In this document: one piece after another, positions 1-12,479 of the stretch | Layout of the letters: every line of letters begins with the position of its first letter | Numbering within the stretch: position 1 is the first letter of the stretch | The notes under the pieces: generated by a model | The model's database searches: none | What the model was told of the DNA's origin: nothing | The model's input: only the letters and a program-made list of their open reading frames with translations | Position numbers and translations under genes: made by a program | NCBI RefSeq assembly: GCF_001194135.2 | Contig: NC_068999.1 | Coordinates: forward strand, 8,884,978 to 8,930,086 | Reading direction: 5' to 3' | Length of the DNA stretch: 45,109 nt | Source: Octopus bimaculoides | Lineage: Eukaryota

Positions 1-73
1 TAAACAGAATTACCATGATTTGTCTACCACGGTATTGATTTCATATGTTTCCGCTAATCAAATTTAACATCCG

Positions 74-111
<38 letters not shown>

Positions 112-239
112 ACACACACACACACTCACACGCATATGTATAAATGCATACATACATATATATATAAACACACACACTCACACACACAGATATACATACA
201 CTCAAATATATATCTATATATCTAAATAAATGTATATCT

Positions 240-288
<49 letters not shown>

Positions 289-608
289 NNNNNNNNNNNN
301 NNNNNNNNNNNNNNNNNNNNNNNNNNNNNNNNNNNNNNNNNNNNNNNNNNNNNNNNNNNNNNNNNNNNNNNNNNNNNNNNNNNNNNNNNNNNNNNNNNNN
401 NNNNNNNNNNNNNNNNNNNNNNNNNNNNNNNNNNNNNNNNNNNNNNNNNNNNNNNNNNNNNNNNNNNNNNNNNNNNNNNNNNNNNNNNNNNNNNNNNNNN
501 NNNNNNNNNNNNNNNNNNNNNNNNNNNNNNNNNNNNNNNNNNNNNNNNNNNNNNNNNNNNNNNNNNNNNNNNNNNNNNNNNNNNNNNNNNNNNNNNNNNN
601 NNNNNNNG

Positions 609-700
609 CTTCACCACTGTCCTTGAAGTGTTCCCTCGACCAATTCAACACTGGTACTTATTTTCAGTGTGGCACTTATTTTATCGGTTGCTTCTTGTCG
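609..700 (-). mobile_element. Diverged 3' tail fragment of SINE family B
   Basis: The reverse complement ...AAATAAGTACCAGTGTTGAATTGGTCGAGGGAACACTTCAAGGACAGTGGTG loosely matches the tail module of the family A/B copies in this window. Confidence 0.45.
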
Positions 701-1005
701 ATCCACTCAGTTATAGTGTTACGCACAAACACGCGCACAGTCACACACACACAGCCACACACACACATTCATTTACGCGGCACACTGTCACACACACTCA
801 TAAATGTACTCGCATATATATTCCAAAATTTGCGCCGGAACTCGTGACGCATTATGATTTTAATAGGCTACGGTATGCCAATAATGCTGATGAAGTAAAC
901 CGGCTGCATTTAGTTACATAATAGAACCTTAGGCTGGTGCAGTGAACAATGGTAGGCTTTATGAAACACGTGTACATCATATAAAGCATAAATACCGCGA
1001 AATAT

Positions 1006-1140
1006 CGGGTTCGATAAATTAAGTACCAGTGTAATTCCGGGGTCGATGTAATGGATTAGTCCCGTTCCCCAAAGCTTCGGGCCTTGTGCCTATAATAGAC
1101 AGGATTATTATTATTATTATTATTGTTGTTATTATTATTA
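1006..1140 (+). mobile_element. SINE family A, 5'-truncated copy with (ATT)n tail
   Basis: TCGATAAATTAAGTACCAG...GGGGTCGATGTAAT...GCCTTGTGCC followed by (ATT)n; the motif recurs in about 10 other copies in the window. Confidence 0.85.
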
Positions 1141-1350
1141 AAGTGATGAATTGGCAGAATGATTAGAACGCTGGACGAAATGCTTGGCGGTATTATGTCC
1201 GTTGCTCCGTTCTGAGTTCAATTTCCACCGAGGTCGACTTTGCCTTTCATCCTTTCGGGGTCGATTAAATAAGTACAAGTTACGCACTTAATACCTTTGT
1301 CTGTCCTTGTTTGTCCCTTCTATGTTTATCCCCCTGTGGGCAATGGAGAA
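1141..1350 (+). mobile_element. SINE family A (tRNA-derived head, conserved core, alternative tail A2)
   Basis: A-box-like TGGCAGAATGA, B-box-like GAGTTCAATTTC, core GAGGTCGACTTTGCCTTTCATCCTTTCGGGGTCGAT, and tail TGTCCTTGTTTGTCCC shared with the 18569 copy. Confidence 0.9.
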
Positions 1351-1351
1351 A

Positions 1352-1695
1352 GGACTTTCGTGCATTCGCAAACGATGTGCCATACCGTTTCACGCCTCTC
1401 ACCACACATTCTGCGTTTGTCACTGCCGGTACTGTTGTATATTCTGCACTTCATATTGTTGGTCCTTAACGCTTGCTCTTGAGCTGCGCATATGAGTGCT
1501 TCTGTTTCTATCTTCGGGTCACTTCTTCTCATCCATAACTACCGATCTTCTGTGTCTCTCTTCGCGTTCACATCTCTTGCAAACTGACCGTGTATTTTTT
1601 TCTTTCCATGCTTTTTCTATTTTGGTTTTCATTCCTTGTTTAATTTTTTTTTTCATTATACAACTTTCAATTTTAATGACGCCGGTCTTCTTTCT
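1352..1695 (-). mobile_element. R4/Dong-clade (restriction-like endonuclease) non-LTR retrotransposon fragment: post-RT region and CCHC zinc knuckle
   Basis: Translation WKEK/HGQFARD...W-MRRSDPKIETEALICAAQEQALRTN...(C>R)RMCGERRETVWHIVCEC matches the HGQF...ETEA(L)IxAAQEQAL...CxxCx8Hx4C signature of R4-type elements. It has one stop and one frameshift. Confidence 0.85.
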
Positions 1696-1775
1696 TTGTT
1701 TTATTGTTGTTGCTGTTGTTGTAGTTGTTGCCGCCGCCGCCGCCGCTGTTACTGCTGCTGTTGTTGTTGCTGCTG

Positions 1776-1916
1776 TTGAGTTCAAACGCGACCGGGGTCG
1801 ACTTGCCTTTTATCTTTTCGGATTCGATAAAATAAGTACTATTTGAGCATTGGAGTCGATGTAATCGATACGTCTCCTCTCCCGGAGTATCTGCCCTGGT
1901 GCTAAAATTTGAAACC
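1776..1916 (+). mobile_element. SINE family A, partial
   Basis: GAGTTCAAACGCGACCGGGGTCGACTTGCCTTTTATCTTTTCGGATTCGATAAAATAAGTAC, with tail GCTAAAATTTGAAACC. Confidence 0.85.
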
Positions 1917-2257
1917 GCTTTTATTTGTGTTGTGGAAACTAATATATTCAATTAATGTTTTAATTATTTTGTTTCTAAACAGAAAAGAAGAAAAAAAAAT
2001 TTAATGGCAACAGATTTAATGATTCCAACATTTTGAAATGAATGCATTTTGAACGATCTTTAAGACAAATTGCATTGTGTAATGAATTGATAGGCATTTG
2101 AGAATAGCAGTTCTTGAATAAAATGGCGACTAAGATAGATAAAGTAGATGAGGGGAAAAATGATTGAGACAAACAGAAAATGAAAGAGAATCATTGCGAT
2201 AAGAACGTGTGTGAGTGAGTGAATAAGTGAGATGGGGAGAGAAAGAGAAAGATAGAT

Positions 2258-2261
2258 AGAT

Positions 2262-2335
<74 letters not shown>
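2258..2335. repeat. (GATA)n/(GA)n microsatellite
   Basis: Direct reading. Confidence 0.95.
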
Positions 2336-2337
<2 letters not shown>

Positions 2338-2753
2338 AGGAAGGAAGAAGCAGATAGCGTACGAATTTTCGGCTGAACGAAAGAATTGTAACTTTTTAAA
2401 AGAGATGATAAAGGGAGATAATATAGAAAGTGTTCTGAAGTGTTCATAATGGGACAATAAGATACTTAAAAACAAACAAGCGCAAATACGTACATCAAAA
2501 ATATAACAAAACAAAATGGTGTCTTAAAATAATAAAACGATAAATAGACGGAGAAAAATAAAGGGAGAGAATGAGACACAGAAGGAGCAATTAACTAATA
2601 AATACATCCATAAAAGTAAAAAAAAAGAAGAATGAAATATGAAAGGCTGAGAAGTAAAATAGTAGTTTGGACGAGGTGGAAAGAAGAAGTGAAATTGCAA
2701 AGAAAAACAGGGAGTGATAAGAAAGACTGAGAGAAAGAGAGGAAGTGAACGTT

Positions 2754-2803
<50 letters not shown>

Positions 2804-3182
2804 NNNNNNNNNNNNNNNNNNNNNNNNNNNNNNNNNNNNNNNNNNNNNNNNNNNNNNNNNNNNNNNNNNNNNNNNNNNNNNNNNNNNNNNNNNNNNNNNN
2901 NNNNNNNNNNNNNNNNNNNNNNNNNNNNNNNNNNNNNNNNNNNNNNNNNNNNNNNNNNNNNNNNNNNNNNNNNNNNNNNNNNNNNNNNNNNNNNNNNNNN
3001 NNNNNNNNNNNNNNNNNNNNNNNNNNNNNNNNNNNNNNNNNNNNNNNNNNNNNNNNNNNNNNNNNNNNNNNNNNNNNNNNNNNNNNNNNNNNNNNNNNNN
3101 NNNNNNNNNNNNNNNNNNNNNNNNNNNNNNNNNNNNNNNNNNNNNNNNNNNNNNNNNNNNNNNNNNNNNNNNNNNNNNNNNN

Positions 3183-3222
<40 letters not shown>

Positions 3223-3229
<7 letters not shown>

Positions 3230-3314
3230 ATATATAGAAAAGGGAGAGAGCTATATATAGAAAAGGGAGAGAGCTATATATAGAAAAGGAAGAGAGCTAT
3301 ATATAGAAAAGGGA
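3223..3314 (+). repeat. 23-bp minisatellite, 4 copies
   Basis: Unit GAGAGCTATATATAGAAAAGGGA at 3223, 3246, 3269 and 3292, with one substitution in copy 3. Confidence 0.95.
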
Positions 3315-3731
3315 GAGAGAAAGACAATGAAAAGGAAATAGATGGAGAAAACTACGCGTAGAAAGATGGAGAAAGAAAGAGAAAAGAAAAGAGAAGGAGG
3401 GATATGGAGACTTTGAGTGATGGGTGAATTCGGGCGGTGCATTGAGATAAAGATAAGGAATAAATCAAAGAGAAGGATTTAGAAATACAAAACAAAAAAA
3501 AAATTAAAACAAAAAATGGAAATTTTGTGGGTAGCGTCAAAGAATTTAATAGAAAGAGTGTAGGAAAGGGAGATAAATGAGGAGGAAGATGGGACGAAAT
3601 AAAGAAAGAAAAACGAAGAGGAAGGAGGTCAGAAAGACTAAGAAAAGGTCAACGAAATACTTCATATGCCATCACTTCGTTAGTCAGTCTCTTTTCTCTG
3701 TAACTGTCTTTCTGGCTATATATATTCATAC

Positions 3732-3768
<37 letters not shown>

Positions 3769-3783
3769 TACATGTGTGTGTAG

Positions 3784-3936
3784 GACGGGCTTCTTTGAGG
3801 TTCCGTCTACGAAATCCACTCACAAGGCTTTGGTTGGCCCGAGGCTCTAGTAGAAGACAATTGCCCAAGGTGTCACGCAGCGGGACTGAACGCGGAACCA
3901 TGTCATTGGTAAGCAAGTTTCTTACCACACATCCAC
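3784..3936 (-). mobile_element. SINE family B, 5' half (tRNA head and central module)
   Basis: Reverse complement reads TGTGTGGTAAGAAACTTGCTTACCAAT...GGTTCCGCGTTCAGTCCCGCTGCGTGACACCTTGGGCAATTGTCTTCTACTAGAGCCTCGGGCC..., matching the full copies at 5081, 20099, 22414 and 42621. Confidence 0.9.
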
Positions 3937-3937
3937 C

Positions 3938-4231
3938 AAGGCGCGTGACTTAGTGGTTAGCTATTCAGTTTGACAGTCATGAGTTCGATTCCCGGTGACG
4001 CGTCGTGTCCTTGAGCACGACACTTTATTTCGGATTACACCAGTCCACTCAGCTGTCAAAAATGATTTGTAACTGTAGTTCAAAGTGACCACCTTGTCCC
4101 ATTCACCCCAAATCTCCCCGAGTCCTATGTTAAGTGTACGCGTGTCTGTCACATTCTTACCCATTTCCATGTTGATTCCACAAACAGGTTGTTTCGTTGA
4201 GCGGATCAAATGGAGCCCTCGCCGTCGTAAC
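3938..4231 (+). mobile_element. tRNA-derived SINE with CORE-like domain (family C)
   Basis: A box TGACTTAGTGG and B box GAGTTCGATTCCC, then GTGTCCTTGAGCACGACACTTTA...CCAGTCCACTCAGCTGT, which resembles the CORE domain of CORE-SINEs. Confidence 0.8.
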
Positions 4232-5080
4232 AGTTAGAATACCAGTATTAAAATGTCTATTCGCGCGCGCGATTATGTGTGTGTATGTGTGCGCGCGTGT
4301 TTTATTTGTATATCTTGTCCTTTCTTAATTCAATACTGGTAGTTTTGAATTAATTCCGTTTTTCTTAAGAGCAGCTCAGCTGCTCTAAATTTGGGTCATG
4401 AGCTAAAATGTTCCAAACCTAAACAGCCCACCGGCTTATATGTTTAATATCTAGGATTTATTCCAATTAATCTGATTTGTCGTATAGTTTTCAAGACTGT
4501 ATGATTGCAAGGAACCGTGGAGCTCATTCTAGGTCTAACAATTGGAGTTAATTAACCCAGTTATATCCGTACAGTATGTGATAATTAATTTGCTATTGCT
4601 TTAGGAACTCTATTACTAATTTTGACGTTATGTTAATTAAAAACCTTATTTTCTTCTTGTTGATTGTTTATTAAATTTTTAAGGTAAAATTCTCCGTTGA
4701 ATACGTCAAAAAAGAAATAACACACACACACACACACACATACTTATATACACATGTATACACAAGTCACTTGTTTAACTGCATGCATAAAACAACATAG
4801 GAGAATTGGATAAAAATATATTAAAAAAATGTCAGACTTAGCCAGGTGCCCCACAGATAAATATATGCTAAATTCTAATAGACTAACAGTAAATGAAACT
4901 TAAATAGGTCTACTGCACTCATATACCGAGAATGTCACTGCCTCAGGCACAACCTAGATATGGGCAAAACTAAGTGGACTGGCCCCTCAGTGTGCTAGAA
5001 ATAACAGAGCAAAATTCTTACATACTGTCACTTCAAAAACAAAAGTTAAGGGTACGTGTGATTTGTACATCTATGTAGGT

Positions 5081-5485
5081 TACTCTTTTACTCTTTTACT
5101 TGTTTCAGTCATTTGACTGCGGCCATGCTAGAGCACCGCCTTTTAGTCGAGCAAATCGACCCCAGGACTTGTTTGGAAGCCTAGTACTTATTCTATCGGT
5201 CTCTTTTGCTGAACCACTAAGTTACGGAGACGTAAACACACCACCATCGGTTGTTAAGCGATGCTGGGGGGACAAACACAGACACACAAACATATACACA
5301 AATACATGCATATATATATACATACATATATACGACGGGCTTCTCTCAGTTTCCGTCTACCAAATCCACTCACAAGGCTTTGGTCGGGCCGAAGCTATAG
5401 TAGAAGACACTTGCCCAAAGTACCACGCATTGTGACTGAACCCGGATCCATGTGGTTGGTAAGCAAGCTACTTACCGCACAGCCA
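5081..5485 (-). mobile_element. SINE family B, full length (head abuts a gap)
   Basis: Head TGGCTGTGCGGTAAGTAGCTTGC..., internal TA/CA microsatellite, tail ...CTAGCATGGCCGCAGTCAAATGACTGAAACAAGTAAAAGAGTAAAAGAGTA; highly similar to the 20099 and 42621 copies. Confidence 0.95.
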
Positions 5486-6029
5486 NNNNNNNNNNNNNNN
5501 NNNNNNNNNNNNNNNNNNNNNNNNNNNNNNNNNNNNNNNNNNNNNNNNNNNNNNNNNNNNNNNNNNNNNNNNNNNNNNNNNNNNNGCCGTGCCACCCTAA
5601 CACGTCACTTGTTTATATTTTATCAGTGTATTTTTTAAATTTTTACATATCTTATGTATTATTTTCATATATATATATATTTATTTTGTATCTCTTATTT
5701 TTTTTTGTGTTTATATCTTTTAGTGTACGTTTTTTATAATTTTTTGTATTATTGCCTCGTTTTTTTTTTTTTTTTGATTTTACTATTGATCCGGGGGGAA
5801 GCTTTTCACAAGTTGGAGTAAACCCTATTGAAGAAAGTGTTCTTGTTTGCTCACTGATCATTGAACAAACACGAGCCCAACCAGTAATGCGAACGCACAC
5901 CCAACATGTTTACTTAATGCTCGACTCACTTAGGTACCACTTTGCTTTTTTTTTTCATCTCCTTACTTCAAGCCCGACAATTTCAACGTTTTCCAGATTT
6001 AAGGAGAAAGTCTAAACGAGAAAAAACGT

Positions 6030-6159
6030 CATCACAATCATCGTCATCGTCGTCATCATTGTCATTATCGTCGTCATCATCACCATCATCGTCCTCATCA
6101 TCATCATCGTCGTCGTCGTCGTCATCATCATCTTCATCGTCGTCGTCGTCATCATTTTT

Positions 6160-6194
<35 letters not shown>

Positions 6195-6282
6195 TTTCAT
6201 CGTCGTCGTCATCATCTTCATTATCGTCATCATCTTCATTATCGTCGTCGAGGTCGTCGTCAACGTCATCGTCATCATCATC
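6030..6282. repeat. (TCA/TCG)n compound trinucleotide repeat
   Basis: Direct reading; it is the source of the poly-Ser and poly-Met/Thr ORFs. Confidence 0.95.
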
Positions 6283-6468
6283 TCTGTTGCTCTCACTGTT
6301 GTTATTACCAGTAGTAGCAGCTGTAGTAACATATATTAAGTTATCTTTTATATTTGTCGTCTTTCTTACCCTTCTTCACATCATATATAGCAAGTAGCCA
6401 ACATTACACACGTAAGGAGACATATATCTATGTATATACATATATGTATACATACATGTATATATATA

Positions 6469-6511
<43 letters not shown>

Positions 6512-6538
6512 GCATATGTATGCATGTATGTATGTATG

Positions 6539-6571
<33 letters not shown>

Positions 6572-6876
6572 NNNNNNNNNNNNNNNNNNNNNNNNNNNNN
6601 NNNNNNNNNNNNNNNNNNNNNNNNNNNNNNNNNNNNNNNNNNNNNNNNNNNNNNNNNNNNNNNNNNNNNNNNNNNNNNNNNNNNNNNNNNNNNNNNNNNN
6701 NNNNNNNNNNNNNNNNNNNNNNNNNNNNNNNNNNNNNNNNNNNNNNNNNNNNNNNNNNNNNTATATACATACGAACATACGTACACTCCCCATACATATA
6801 TGTACATATCTCCCTCTATGTAAAGCCAATTATACACCTATAAGTTTTAAACAAATATGGGCTTGTGATGGGACAT

Positions 6877-6919
<43 letters not shown>

Positions 6920-7704
6920 CGCACACACACACATGTCTAGATAGATAGATAAATTCATTGACGAACATACGCCCGTACATATTCACACGTACAGACACAC
7001 ACAACGCTAACATATGCACACACAGACAGGCATACTCATACCTGTCTGTGTGTGCAAATGTATCCGTCTCTCTATCTACCAACCTACCTATCTACCCGCC
7101 TGCCTTCCTACCTACCGACCTACCTATCTATCTATCTATCCATCCATCCATCCATCCATCCATCTATCTACTTATCTAGTTACATATCTATCTATCTATA
7201 TATATATATACAAATACATGTATGTTTATGTATGTACATTGAAACTGCAAAAGCCATTGTTTGAAAGACCTTGTAAGGCAGAGAGAGAGAGGAGGAAATA
7301 TATGTTGATAGAAGGAGAGAGCCGTGTTGTATTCAGTATGCAGAGACATGCGCATAAGTGTTTGCAAAAGAAACGAACACCGACGAGTCACAGATCCTCA
7401 CCACTGATGAAATAACGTTAACATAGAAACAAATATACGACAAAATAAATAGGAATAAACTCTATGCAGACAGACATGTATGTACATTTTGTGGTAATGC
7501 TTTAATTAAAAGACACATTTATATAAATCCGAATATCTTAACGTTGTCGCCTTTACGATGTCTGACGGGATTTGCGGTAGATTTCTGTGTAAATTAGGCT
7601 CTGTATCTGCGTGGTTATCCATCATCAGATCTGGACAAGTAGAACTTTGATGACATTTAATCTCGATCTGTCGGTCCCATCTACGTTCAAGGGAGAGTAC
7701 ATCT

Positions 7705-8022
7705 TTTTTTGTGTGCCTTTTTAAAGCCTAGCCAGGCTCATGGGCCCGGTTTCCCAGTTTCTATTGCGTATGTGTTCCCCACCCTTAGCTGGACGGGACG
7801 GCAGTCCATCGCAGCGTTACTCAAGAAACAGGAAGAAAGAGTGAGAGAAAGTTGGGACGAAAGAGTACAGTAGGGTTCGCCACCATCCCCTGCCGGAGCC
7901 TCGTGGAGCTTTAGGTGTTTTCGCTCAATAAACACACACAACGCTCGGTCTGGGAATCGAAACCGTGATCCTCCGACCGCGAGTTCGCTGCCCTAACCAC
8001 TGGGCCATTGCGCCTCCGCAGT
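7705..8022 (-). mobile_element. Complete tRNA-derived SINE (family V-like) with A-rich tail and 8-bp target-site duplication
   Basis: Minus strand: GGAGGCGCAATGGCCCAGTGGTTAGGGC (A box), GGTTTCGATTCCC (B box), GCGATGGACTGCCGTCCCGTCCAG module, tail A6-7. GTACATCT flanks both sides (7697-7704 and 8023-8030). Confidence 0.9.
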
Positions 8023-8189
8023 GTACATCTAGAACCATACTTCTCAATGCATCTACCCTTTATTACCCTTACATTTAGGAATATCATAATCTTCATACGG
8101 TCAGAAATTTTGTGGTAAGATTTGGTGAAAAGACACTGTCCTTCATTAGCATAATTAAATCATGTATTCAAATCGTATATATTTAATCA

Positions 8190-8385
8190 TGTTTTCTTTC
8201 TTCATACATCTAAACTGCGGCCATGCTGGAAGTAATCGTTGAGGGGTTTAGTCAAACAAATCGAGACCGATACTTAGTTTAAAAGTCTATTAGTTATTCT
8301 ATGGATATCTTTAGCTGAACTACTAAGTTACGGGAGCATAAATAAACCAGCACCGGTTATCAATCGATGGTAGGCGATAATCACA
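8190..8385 (-). mobile_element. SINE family B, diverged 3' half
   Basis: ACTGCGGCCATGCTGG...TTTAGTCAAACAAATCGA...CTAAGTTACGG...CCGGTTATCAATCGATG aligns to the tail of the full copies. Confidence 0.85.
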
Positions 8386-8544
8386 CCCCTATACAAAACA
8401 CACAGACACAATGACACACACGCACACACACACCTTCACAAACACACATGCAGTCACAAACACACACATACAAACACATGCACACAAACAAACACACACA
8501 CACTCACACACACACACTCACCCACACCCACACCCACACACACA

Positions 8545-8596
<52 letters not shown>

Positions 8597-8887
8597 ACAT
8601 GGGTGTTCGCATATTTCCGTTCGCCTCAATTGTCAATCATCATTCGGCAGAGAAGATTACACTTTTCAGGTCTTTGCCAGAGTTTTTTTGGGGAATAACC
8701 AGGTTCAAAGCTTTTATTTTGTTTCTCATCAGGAAGTTGGCAGCACAAAGAAGTAGGATACAAGATCTTTTCAAAAACACTTGGAGAGGACAGTGTTATA
8801 AACATTAGTTCTGATATCAAGGTCTTGTTGGTGGATCCAAGACAGTTAGAAGTAGAGGGTGAAAGATGTAATAGTTTCGACAGATGC

Positions 8888-8919
<32 letters not shown>

Positions 8920-9648
8920 ATGATATATCTTATTGTCTAAAATGGAATAAGCACTCAGTTCTCTCAATATTTTTAGCATTTTATGAGGTGTAACAGGTAA
9001 CCTGATCTGCGTTTACTTGTAGTAGGTGTTTTAAATCATTCACTGTTATAATCATCGCGTATAAATGAGTAAATAAGATCGCTGAATGAATCGTTTCTTG
9101 GAATCAATGAACCTCTGAATTAAATGAACGAGTTTGATTTGGAATGAAGTATGCAAAAATACTTGAGAAATAGTCTAATATGTCTACCATTTGGTTGAAA
9201 ATACTGCCAGATTTATCAGAATATAATCAGATACAACTCTACGGGGATTATTTTCTATATGCAATGTCTATCTTGCTAGCAAAGAGCAGGAGATGTATAA
9301 ACTCACATCACTAAGAAAACCGCCACCACCATTACCACCACCACTCCCGGCAACAACAACAACGAGAAAGAAAAATGGCAATGCACATAAAACAAAAAAA
9401 AAAAGCAACAAACGTGAAGGTAAACATTAAAATTTATGGAATATTTTAAAAGTTTGCGTTTTAATTAGAATATGATTTATCTATTGATTTTGGGTAAAAA
9501 TATTCGGTAAAATTTGAAGCCACAAATAATAATGACATGTAATGTCGTAAGGAATAAAGCAGGATGATAATTCTAAATGAAATTTGCTATTGCCAGTCTA
9601 ACAACAACCATAACGACAACGCCAACAACAACAACCACAAGCATAATG

Positions 9649-9690
<42 letters not shown>

Positions 9691-10155
9691 GTAGTGGTAG
9701 TAATACGAATAAGTGGAAGAATGATAATACTAATAATTGATAAGTTTATATTGGAGAAGGTATTGAGTGAGTTTAAGAAGAGAAGGGAATATAAATAACA
9801 TGATGATGAATAAATTAAAATGTCATTTCATATTAGGAGATTTATATTCAAATGTTTAAAAAAATCCACAAAAATTCCCCCATACTTAATCAAATTATTA
9901 AGCTATATAAACATACATAAATCTATACATTCATACATGCAGACACACACACACACACATATAAATATACACATATATATATATATATATACATAATTAT
10001 ATACGTACATATATGTATTTCAACATACATACCCCACCTATATATACCCATATATATATATCCATGTGTGTGTGTGTGTGGGTCGTACATTGATATATAT
10101 GTATGTATATATACATAGGGATATATTATAAACGTAGGTATACATATATATACAC

Positions 10156-10194
<39 letters not shown>

Positions 10195-10390
10195 TGTAAA
10201 TATGAGAAAAAAGACGCTTAAACATCTAGCAACAGCAACACAACAGCAACGACGACGAAAATAATAAAATAATATTTAAAAAAAAAATAGCTTAAATGAA
10301 ATATTCTCATCCTCTTCATTCTTACCATCAACAACAACAATAACAACAGCAACAGCAACAACAATACCAAATATAAAAATAATAACCATA

Positions 10391-10399
10391 GTACTACTG

Positions 10400-10456
<57 letters not shown>

Positions 10457-10490
10457 ATATTAATAATAATTATAGCAACACCTATAACAC

Positions 10491-10556
<66 letters not shown>

Positions 10557-10590
10557 GGAATAACAACAACAGCAACAACAACAATAATAG
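10391..10590. repeat. (TAC)n and (TAA)n microsatellites
   Basis: Direct reading. Confidence 0.95.
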
Positions 10591-11675
10591 GAATAAACGT
10601 AAATAATTGTGAATGTAGAGAACTGTTATCAATAAATTTTATTACTATAAAATGCTTAGGAAGCCATTCCAGCGTTTTTAAGATGCTATTATCAATATTT
10701 TTCTAATATTTCCCCTGAAAACAAAATCATACTGGTCCTATAACGTAAACAAATAAAGAAAAAAAGGAGAAAAGAAAGGAAGGAAGAAAAAAAAGAAGAC
10801 GAATTTAGAAAAAAAAAGCATACACGAGCGGGGTGGCATGTTAGAAGGAGGGGAAATAGATAAAGCTAAAAAAGTATGCATACAAAAAAAAAAAAAATAC
10901 AAGTAGAAAAAATTCAAATAAAAATTATGAGAAAATAGTGATAGATGCAGGGAAGAAAAATAATGTGCAAAAAATATTTAAAAAAATAATAAAACAAAGA
11001 AATATATTAGAAAAAACAACAGATAAATGCATATAACATAAACCAGTAGTATTATATGTTCGTTATTTTTTTTTGTTTATGTTTTAAGGTATCATAAGCG
11101 ATATGTGTGAGGTGGGTGTGGGATGTTAGATGTTGTGGGTGGGGGTGAGTGAAAATTAAGAAGTTGTGATGTTCATGTAATTTTTTCCTTAANNNNNNNN
11201 NNNNNNNNNNNNNNNNNNNNNNNNNNNNNNNNNNNNNNNNNNNNNNNNNNNNNNNNNNNNNNNNNNNNNNNNNNNNNNNNNNNNNNNNNNNNNNNNNNNN
11301 NNNNNNNNNNNNNNNNNNNNNNNNNNNNNNNNNNNNNNNNNNNNNNNNNNNNNNNNNNNNNNNNNNNNNNNNNNNNNNNNNNNNNNNNNNNNNNNNNNNN
11401 NNNNNNNNNNNNNNNNNNNNNNNNNNNNNNNNNNNNNNNNNNNNNNNNNNNNNNNNNNNNNNNNNNNNNNNNNNNNNNNNNNNNNNNNNNNNNNNNNNNN
11501 NNNNNNNNNNNNNNNNNNNNNNNNNNNNNNNNNNNNNNNNNNNNNNNNNNNNNNNNNNNNNNNNNNNNNNNNNNNNNNNNNNNNNNNNNNNNNNNNNNNN
11601 NNNNNNNNNNNNNNNNNNNNNNNNNNNNNNNNNNNNNNNNNNNNNNNNNNNNNNNNNNNNNNNNNNNNNNNNNNN

Positions 11676-11726
<51 letters not shown>

Positions 11727-12479
11727 ATATGTATATATGCATGTTTGCACTCGCATTATACACACACACGCATATATATGTATGAATATATTTCAGATAT
11801 ACAAACATATTTTTCTATGTACATATGTTACATATATGCGCACAAAAACTCACACAAATGTATATGCTGAAGCGCTTCATTTCTGTGTCTGCTCACATTC
11901 ACTATTGTCTAAATTAAATTACACTAGCCATTTCCACCACAGTTTACTTCTTCACCCTAATTAGTTCTCTCAGTATCTTAATATAGGCATTTCTGTGTCT
12001 TCCTCTGCATGTTTCTCACCCTTCTCTCACAATCACACTTCACCTCCGTCCTTAAACTTGTACAGAAACTGGTGCCCTCCACCCGAATTCATATCAATTT
12101 AATATAAAAAATGACCTTATCCTCTACAGTATGAAATCTCATGCGTTCAGAATTTCTTCCCTTTAGTGTTAGTTATAAATTCCATCAAATGAACCAATAC
12201 CTAATTCGTTTGAATATTTTATACAGAGAGAAACATATGGCCATTTCTAATGAATCACATTTATTTTAATGCAATGCATCATAATATTATCTAGTTTTGT
12301 ATATATTTTTGTGTTGAATTGGAAAAATAGATTTATTTGGAAATTTATTTGGCAGCCAAAGCGCGTAATCAGTAGGTAATTTCTCCTGACTTATTTACAA
12401 GTAAGTCAACTATTCCATCCACCTCACATATAATTACGTTTCTGTATGTAATCTAAATCAAACTTAAATATTAGACTGA

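Noticed and set aside
3223-3314. Regular repeats as a possible CRISPR array
   Set aside because: Units are contiguous with no unique spacers; eukaryotic context; no cas genes.
7403-7432. CTGATGA...GAAAC hammerhead-like spacing
   Set aside because: No credible stem II (no G10.1-C11.1 pair), and no NUH with pairing stems I and III in either topology.
7590-7635. Minus-strand CTGATGA-TGG(ATAA)CCA motif
   Set aside because: GAAA is absent after stem II; at best a decayed repeat.
7940-8017. tRNA-like sequence as a functional tRNA gene
   Set aside because: It lacks a complete acceptor stem and continues into a SINE body with tail and TSD.
8731-8880. Acceptor-like TTTGTTTCTCATCAG followed by open frame GSWQHKEVGYKIFSKTLGEDSVINISSDIKVLLVDPRQLEVEGER
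   Set aside because: No convincing donor, and the frame runs into a (GCT)n microsatellite. It may be an old retroelement 3' end, but I cannot support either call.
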